DNA of 64,000 nucleotides from Planctomycetota bacterium (GTDB lineage Bacteria; Planctomycetota; B15-G4): NCBI GenBank assembly GCA_965248575.1, contig CBDFJQ010000002.1, positions 3,072,001 to 3,136,000 of the forward strand, read 5' to 3'. Shown piece by piece: positions 58,561 to 64,000 of this stretch (position 1 is its first letter; each line of letters starts with the position of its first letter). The notes under the pieces were generated by a model. It saw only the letters and a program-made list of their open reading frames with translations, ran no database searches and was not told where the DNA came from. The position numbers and the translations under genes were made by a program.

Positions 58561-59304
58561 TCAAGCCCGCGCCGATTCCGGTTTCATGAACAGGTAGAAG
58601 CCGAAGCCCATGGTCGTCCGCCCCCAGCGTAGGTAGCCGTCCCGCCACACGCGACTGCGGCGCAGCTTCTCGGCCCACGCTTCATCGCCAGGATGTTGCG
58701 CCGCCTCGCGTTCGACCTTCATGCGATGCGACCATTCAAAGTGGTCCCATTCGTCGTCGTTGCTGACCGTGGCGTACATGGGCACCAAGCCTCGCCCCTC
58801 GGCAAAAGCGACGTTCTCTGCGTGGGTGTGATACAGGCCGCAGGGCTCACCGAGCAGTTGCAAGTACCCCGGAGCCGGGTCCTGCTTCCAATAGCCCTCG
58901 CCCAGGAGCAGCAGCCCACCGGGGCGAACGGCATCGGACAGGGCCTGGAGCGCGTTGGGGTAGGCCGTCTCACCCATGCCGAACGCGTGGGTGGAGCCGA
59001 GACAGAGGGCGACGTCGAAGGCTGCCTTGGGCAAGGCAGACCCACTCATGTCGGCCTCCTGGAACTCCACGGCGTCGCCAACGAGACGCCCTGCGGCCAG
59101 CTCCCGTGCCACCGCCAAGGCTGCGGCATCGCGGTCCATGCCCACACCCTGGGAGCCGCTGCGTTCCACGAGCTGAATCAGGAACTCACCCGTGCCGCAA
59201 CCGGCGTCAAGGACCTTGCTCCCCCGCTGAAGTCCCAAGGCGTCCATCAGGCGCTCCGCCTTGGACTGGCTGAGGGGGCAGTTGATGTCCCAGGTCATGA
59301 TCAA
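58561..59304 (-). CDS. Class I SAM-dependent methyltransferase
   Basis: VLDAGCGTGE, C.GSTHAFG, PGG.LL.GEGYW, WD.FE. Confidence 0.9.
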   Translation of the reverse strand: MIMTWDINCPLSQSKAERLMDALGLQRGSKVLDAGCGTGEFLIQLVERSGSQGVGMDRDAAALAVARELAAGRLVGDAVEFQEADMSGSALPKAAFDVALCLGSTHAFGMGETAYPNALQALSDAVRPGGLLLLGEGYWKQDPAPGYLQLLGEPCGLYHTHAENVAFAEGRGLVPMYATVSNDDEWDHFEWSHRMKVEREAAQHPGDEAWAEKLRRSRVWRDGYLRWGRTTMGFGFYLFMKPESARA

Positions 59305-59867
59305 AAGCCTCGCTGGCCAGGGTCGTCAGTCGTTCGTGTCAAATCGGCCTCCAAGTGCAACGTGGTTGCCGACACATCGCCGGTGGCCATCCGCATGCTG
59401 TAGCGCAGGCTCTCGGCGCCGCACGTCCAGTTGCGTTCCGAAGCCCGCATGCGCTCGTCGTTGCCCAGGAGGACACTGCTCCACTGGAGCGCGAGCAGGT
59501 CATGCGGCCCTTCGGCCTCCACCCGTTTGCCGCGCAGCACTTCGACCCGGCCTCCGCTCTGTGCGTTCGACAGCTCCCAGCGCTCGCCATCGAGCGGGCG
59601 GATGATGCCCACTTCGACATGGGCCTCTTCCACCAGCTGTCCTGCGGCATCGAGCAATTCCGTGCGCTGGCGAAAGACGAGATGCGGCGAGCCCTCGTCG
59701 CGCCAGACGCAGAAGACCTCGCGGTACTCGAAGGCGTCGATGGTGGGGAACTGCCCGCGCCCCCGACCAACCCAGGTCCCGACCAAGGGAGACAGCACGC
59801 TGAGTCCGCGCTTGAGTTCGGCCTGCAATTCTTGCTGAAGTTCTTCCTCGCTCTTGTGGTCCATCAC
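59301..59867 (-). CDS. Nitrobindin/FABP-like (THAP4 heme-binding) beta-barrel protein
   Basis: L.PLVGTW.G.G.G.FPTI..F.Y.E, H.E.G, Y.M.MAT, C-terminal HL.A.L with the heme-ligand His. Confidence 0.88.
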   Translation of the reverse strand: MMDHKSEEELQQELQAELKRGLSVLSPLVGTWVGRGRGQFPTIDAFEYREVFCVWRDEGSPHLVFRQRTELLDAAGQLVEEAHVEVGIIRPLDGERWELSNAQSGGRVEVLRGKRVEAEGPHDLLALQWSSVLLGNDERMRASERNWTCGAESLRYSMRMATGDVSATTLHLEADLTRTTDDPGQRGF

Positions 59868-60109
59868 GTCTTTTTCCTGCGGGTCGTCTTGGGTTCCACG
59901 TACTGGAACACCTCGTCGAGGGGCAACTCCAGCACGCGGGCGATGCGAAAGGCCACCTCCAAGGAGGGCGAATACTTGCCGCCCTCGATGGCGTTGACCG
60001 TCTGCCGGCTCACGCCGATCACGTCTGCGAGCTCCTGTTGCGTGAGCTCGGCGTGCTCCAACCGGAGCTGGGCGATGCGGTTGCGGACACCTGTCTTCTC
60101 CCGCGCCAT
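59864..60109 (-). CDS. XRE-family HTH transcriptional regulator
   Basis: NRI..LR...LTQQELA..IGVSRQTVNAIE.GKY.PSL..AFRIA. Confidence 0.95.
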   Translation of the reverse strand: MAREKTGVRNRIAQLRLEHAELTQQELADVIGVSRQTVNAIEGGKYSPSLEVAFRIARVLELPLDEVFQYVEPKTTRRKKT

Positions 60110-60111
60110 CT

Positions 60112-60540
60112 CTAGAAGCCCCGGCGGTAGGCCATCAGCTGCAGCGTGTTCTTGACCAGCTCGGACAAGAACATCGACAGCAGCAGGATGTGTGCAACCC
60201 AGACGTTCTGCACCTCGAAGACCATGGCGGTGACAGCGGTCAGCGAACCCACGCCGACGATCCAGGCCGAGCGACTCTCGGAGCGCCAGTCGATGAGCCT
60301 GTCCCGCTCGTCCGCGTCCTCGGGTTCGCGAGGCAAGCCTGCCAGGGCCACCAGGGTGTAGCCCGCGACCAGCACCACCACCTGCGCGACCACGGTCACC
60401 AAGAACACGCCGGCGTAGGCGGGCATCGCCGTCACGCCCTCGGCCATCATGCCGCCTGCTACGACGAAGTAGCCCCCCATAACCAGCAGCATCGCGATCA
60501 GCTGCACCCAGACGCTCTTCTCTTCAAACGAAGCGTTCAT
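60112..60540 (-). CDS. Four-TM membrane protein (XRE-partner type)
   Basis: SF.EK..W, DERDRLI..R loop, C-terminal YRRG; GGAAGG RBS before ATG 60540. Confidence 0.85.
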   Translation of the reverse strand: MNASFEEKSVWVQLIAMLLVMGGYFVVAGGMMAEGVTAMPAYAGVFLVTVVAQVVVLVAGYTLVALAGLPREPEDADERDRLIDWRSESRSAWIVGVGSLTAVTAMVFEVQNVWVAHILLLSMFLSELVKNTLQLMAYRRGF

Positions 60541-60617
60541 CGCTCTTCCTTCCACTCAAGACCCCGGGCCTTGCTGCCCGTTGGAACCACGCACCGGGGT
60601 TCTTGCCCGGCGCATGG

Positions 60618-60664
60618 ATGTCAAAGATACTTGACATCGACAGCATGTCAAGAATACTTGACAC
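60618..60664 (-). promoter_or_regulatory. Twin palindromic operators overlapping a sigma70 promoter
   Basis: ATGTCAA-AGATAC-TTGACAT (60618-60637) and TGTCAA-GAATAC-TTGACA (60646-60663); minus-strand TTGACA-N16-TATCTT. Confidence 0.85.
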
Positions 60665-60773
60665 GGTCATCCAACAGCCACGGGCTCAGCGGGGCGAGAG
60701 CAGGAAGGCTCGCCGAGCAGGGCGAACCCCATCTGCTGCACAGGGTCGTCCGCCTGCAGAGCCCCTACACGCG

Positions 60774-61253
60774 CTAGAAGCTGAGCGTCATCATGGCTTC
60801 CTCGTCTAGGAACTCTCCCGTCAGGCGGAAGCCCAGGCCTTCGTAGAAGGGCTGCGGACCACCCGGACCTTGCACCACGCTCAACTCCAATTCCTTGGCA
60901 CCAGGGCGACCGCGCACATGCTCGATGAGCAGTCGGATGGCCTGGGCGCCGAAGCCCAGGCGCTGGTAACGCGCGTCCAGCATGAAACGCCAGATGTAGT
61001 ACTGGGGCTTCACGGGGTTGTCCGACAGCATCACGAAACCCACCGGCGTCTCGTCCGCGTAGAGCGCCCGCACCCAGGCCGCATCCGAGTAGGACGCCTC
61101 GGCCAGGGAGAGCGCGTTGGGCGCCACGAACTGGCGTTGGTCCTCCCGGGGTTCCAGGGCGCAGATGGCGCGCACGGTGTCGGCGTTGATCTCCCGCAGG
61201 CTGATGCGGGACGCCTTGGAGGGCGCGTTGCCCTGCTCTCCTGGGTCGTTCAT
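60774..61253 (-). CDS. GNAT acetyltransferase (spermine/spermidine acetyltransferase-like)
   Basis: Q..FVAPNA.SLAEA, PVGFVM, IWRFM.D..YQ..G.G, FYE.LGF. Confidence 0.88.
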   Translation of the reverse strand: MNDPGEQGNAPSKASRISLREINADTVRAICALEPREDQRQFVAPNALSLAEASYSDAAWVRALYADETPVGFVMLSDNPVKPQYYIWRFMLDARYQRLGFGAQAIRLLIEHVRGRPGAKELELSVVQGPGGPQPFYEGLGFRLTGEFLDEEAMMTLSF

Positions 61254-61260
61254 GGGTGAC

Positions 61261-61833
61261 TCATGGGTCGCTGACTCCGTCGGTCAAGGGGAACACGAGG
61301 TGGATGTCATCCGGCTCCAGCTCGAAGAGACGCGGGTCGGGGGTGCTCGTCAGCACCGCCCCGCAGCGCCAGTAGAAGTCCACGGTCCCCTGAGTGGGGA
61401 TCGCCGAGATGTAGAGGGCCGATGCGCCCATGCCGCGCGCAGCTTCCTGCGCTTCATGGAACAGTCGGCGTCCCAGCCCCCGCCGCCGGAAGGCCTGGTC
61501 CAGGTAGAAGAAGCAAAGCTGGCGTCGATCGGAGCGTGGGCCGAGGGGATCGCTGTCCACAACGGCCACCCCCACCAAGTGCGGACCGTCGTGGACCGCC
61601 GCCAGCTCCTGCTCGAACATCCCCAGCAACACGCCGCCGCGATCGAAGCAGCGCTCGAGCTTGCCTTGCTCACGCTCCGGCATGCCGGCCGGCCAACCCT
61701 TCAAGTCGAAGACCAGTGGCGTCAGCACCAACCGACCCTGCTCGAGCCGATACGCCTGGGTGGCCACCTCGCTGCGGTCGATGCCCCAGATGAGCGGGAT
61801 CTCCGCGCGCTCGAGACGTCGACATGTGGTCAT
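61261..61833 (-). CDS. GNAT acetyltransferase
   Basis: IDRSE, FRRRGLGRRLF, LYISA.P...TVDFY...G, E.EP.DIH. Confidence 0.88.
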   Translation of the reverse strand: MTTCRRLERAEIPLIWGIDRSEVATQAYRLEQGRLVLTPLVFDLKGWPAGMPEREQGKLERCFDRGGVLLGMFEQELAAVHDGPHLVGVAVVDSDPLGPRSDRRQLCFFYLDQAFRRRGLGRRLFHEAQEAARGMGASALYISAIPTQGTVDFYWRCGAVLTSTPDPRLFELEPDDIHLVFPLTDGVSDP

Positions 61834-61867
61834 GGCAAGGCTCGAGGAGTGGGAGTCGAGAGGCTCG

Positions 61868-62920
61868 TCATCGAGCGATCACCAGCGAGTCGGGGTGCGT
61901 GCGTTTCCAGGCGTACCAGAACGCGCGGTCGACCCGCAGGGCATCCAGTTGATCGACGTGCCAGACGCGGCCCGTGAGCACGTCACGCACCTCCCCTTCT
62001 CGACCCGCCGAGGCCCCGTCCACCGCTCCGAGCAGGAGCAGACTGCCCGACAGCTTGCGGTTCACCGCCACGACACGACCCGTGGACGGGAAGCGCACCC
62101 AGGCTACCGGCAGCTTGCCCAGCACAGCATTGATGACCGTCGCCTCTTGCAGAACCGCCTCGGCCACGGCCGTCTGATGCTCCCCGAGCCGCAGCCCGAA
62201 GACGACGTCCTTGGGGCCGATGCCCCCCAGGCCTTCCGACAACTCAGGCAGGAAGAGGCGCTCGGGGTCGGCCAGGTAGGCGTCGTAGCGCGAGTGCTCG
62301 AAGTCGCGGATGTCGGTGGGCTTCTCCAGCACCAGGGTGTCCGGGTGCGCTGCGCGCCACTCACCCCAACTCGTGAAGGTCGAGGGCACATGCGACAAAC
62401 GCTCCCCCGTACGGGGCCCCTCGATGGCCCGACCGTCGACCTGGGTCCAGAGCGACTCCGTCTCCCGGTCGTACATCACCAACACACCATTCCAGAGCTT
62501 GCCCGACACGCCGAAGCTGCTGTCGCCGTCACCGTTCCGGGAGTACACGACTCCCGCAGAAGCCAGCGGTCACCAAGTGGCGGCGATGGGCCGCCCGTCC
62601 AGCTCGTCGTTGACGATCTCGTGCCCGTCGAGGTGCCAGGCCGAGTAGCACTTGGCCGTGCCGTTGGCGCCCACCACACCGAGCACCGGCTCGTTGTCGC
62701 GCATGAAGGCGTCGGCGCTCAGGGCATCCACGAAGACGGGCTCATCAATGGACGGGATGCCATCCAAAGGAAGCACGTCGTACATGGGCGTGCCCTCCAC
62801 GAGATGGGAGGGCATGACGCGCTCGGCGCGGCCAGCGCTGGAGCAGGCCAGGCAAAGCGCGCTGAGTACGGCGGCCGTGCAGACCAGCCGCGCAACTCGA
62901 CGGGAAGGAGGGCTGAACAT
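61868..62920 (-). CDS. DUF3179-family selenoprotein lipoprotein (Sec at UGA 62572-62570; 350 aa)
   Basis: The two track ORFs are in frame across one TGA: IAATW-U-PLASAGVVYSR. DUF3179 motifs on both sides (DGIPSID.P.F, HEIVND / FGVSGKL, MYDRETESLW.Q); lipobox CLA-C. Confidence 0.9.
62531..62569 (-). promoter_or_regulatory. Bacterial SECIS element
   Basis: Hairpin CGGGAGU-CGUGU-ACUCCCG; loop starts 20 nt after the UGA, with G at loop position 2. Confidence 0.8.
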
Positions 62921-63054
62921 GGGGCGAGATTCCTTGAGGGGTGCCAGGGCTGACTGGGCGGAGGATCATCGATCGCGGCACAGAATGTCCCCACCGCTAC
63001 CCAATCGTTCACTCAATCGAGGAAGGCCAGGCAGGCAGCCACCCGGCAACGAAC

Positions 63055-64000
63055 TCAGAGACTCTCGTCGAGCACCACCAGGCTGCTTCCAGGCCCCAAG
63101 GTCGGCAGACCCGCCCCACTCACGAAGACGGACTGCGTGAGGATCAGGGTGCCGTCCACGCCGACCGGCAGCAAGGGCGCCGGCAAGGTCACGACGAGTG
63201 AGTTCGCAGCGCCGCTCACGAAACCGAGGAAGCCGGGGCCGCTGAATGGCGGCGGCAGGAGGAACACGCCCTGGAGCGGAATCATGGGCGCCTGGCCCAC
63301 CGACAGCGCTGAGAACAGGAACACCGCATCCCCCGGGAGCCCTTCCGCCGCGAAGGAGACGGGCTGGCCTTCACGCACCAGCCCGGCGAGCTGCGCGCTT
63401 CGAGGCGGCGCCCAGAAGGTGGTGACGGATCCAGCCGGAGCATTCAGCGTCATGCCCACGATGGCGGGCGGGGACGCAGCACCACCCACCAGTGTGTTGC
63501 CCCGATCCCACAAGCTGGAACCGTCATCGGCCACGAACACCGCATCCCCTCCGTCGGGGATCAAAATGCCGGCGGAGCCCGCGGCGCCGCCCGTGAAGGT
63601 GTTGCCCGACACCGAAGCCGTGCCCTGCAGGAGTACGAAGGCGTGGCCACCATTCGCGATGAAGGATTGGCCCTGGCCGGCATCCCCTCCCTTGACGCTG
63701 CACTCGTGCATGACGAGTTGGGTCGTACCGAGCACGCCCAAGACCTCCACGCCAGAGGCAGCGGACGTGGCCGGAAAGCTGCCCAGGGAATCGGCGCCGC
63801 GCCCGCCTTCGATGCCGCAACGCTCAAGGATCAAGCCTGCGCTCGCCTCCATCTGGACAGCGGGGTGCACTGACGAGGCACCCGAGACGGCATTCGGCAG
63901 CGCATCCCGCCCGCGCAGCGTGCACTGCTCGACCCACACATCCCCCAGCGCGTCTTTCACCCGCAGGCCCGACTTTCCCGGTACCCCGGAGGGGAGCCCC
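63055..64000 (-). CDS. Gly-rich beta-helix-like surface protein with C-terminal Ig-like domain, 5'-partial
   Basis: Frame open to window edge; repeated C...GG.G / GG.A.. units; C-terminal G.PG..V.L....P..G...L....Q domain. Confidence 0.7.
   Translation of the reverse strand, partial: GLPSGVPGKSGLRVKDALGDVWVEQCTLRGRDALPNAVSGASSVHPAVQMEASAGLILERCGIEGGRGADSLGSFPATSAASGVEVLGVLGTTQLVMHECSVKGGDAGQGQSFIANGGHAFVLLQGTASVSGNTFTGGAAGSAGILIPDGGDAVFVADDGSSLWDRGNTLVGGAASPPAIVGMTLNAPAGSVTTFWAPPRSAQLAGLVREGQPVSFAAEGLPGDAVFLFSALSVGQAPMIPLQGVFLLPPPFSGPGFLGFVSGAANSLVVTLPAPLLPVGVDGTLILTQSVFVSGAGLPTLGPGSSLVVLDESL

Overview
A 64 kb window of high-GC bacterial chromosome. The style of the secreted proteins suggests an uncultured Planctomycetota-like organism (inference). 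About 55 real genes are present; most long ORFs in the six-frame track are antisense shadow ORFs. From left to right: (1) a minus-strand run of a CHAT (caspase-like) protease, two beta-propeller proteins and an M28 peptidase; (2) two GT-C-type membrane glycosyltransferases, a YkgJ-like Cys-cluster protein, a second M28 peptidase and ruvX, with a helically phased repeat upstream of ruvX; (3) a promoter-driven structured RNA candidate ahead of a tiny PEP-CTERM-like ORF, then RNase P RNA (rnpB); (4) NUDIX, DUF952 and manA; (5) a lipoprotein with a leukocidin/haemolysin-like beta-pore-forming stem; (6) a ~17 kb Wzx/Wzy polysaccharide locus with manB/manC, four GT4 domains, four hexapeptide acyltransferase domains (one fused to a GT), an unlisted 44-aa membrane protein and a degenerate BY-kinase; (7) cysteine dioxygenase, B12 radical SAM, TPR protein, acyl-CoA ligase, Tat phosphatase and a trio of uncharacterised genes including two lipoproteins; (8) the best candidate for an undescribed system, a divergon with twin ECF-type promoters. 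Its left arm is a tandem-YHS protein plus a Rieske-TPP oxidase; its right arm is a coupled operon of an MsrQ-Rieske-Cys/His fusion, OlsB/OlsA-like aminolipid acyltransferases and a hydrolase-DedA-ATP-grasp fusion; (9) a carbonic anhydrase remnant, an XRE operon with twin palindromic operators, two GNATs, and a DUF3179 selenoprotein with in-frame UGA and SECIS hairpin. No CRISPR array, tRNA, rRNA or transposase was seen. All family calls were made by eye from motifs, without database searches.
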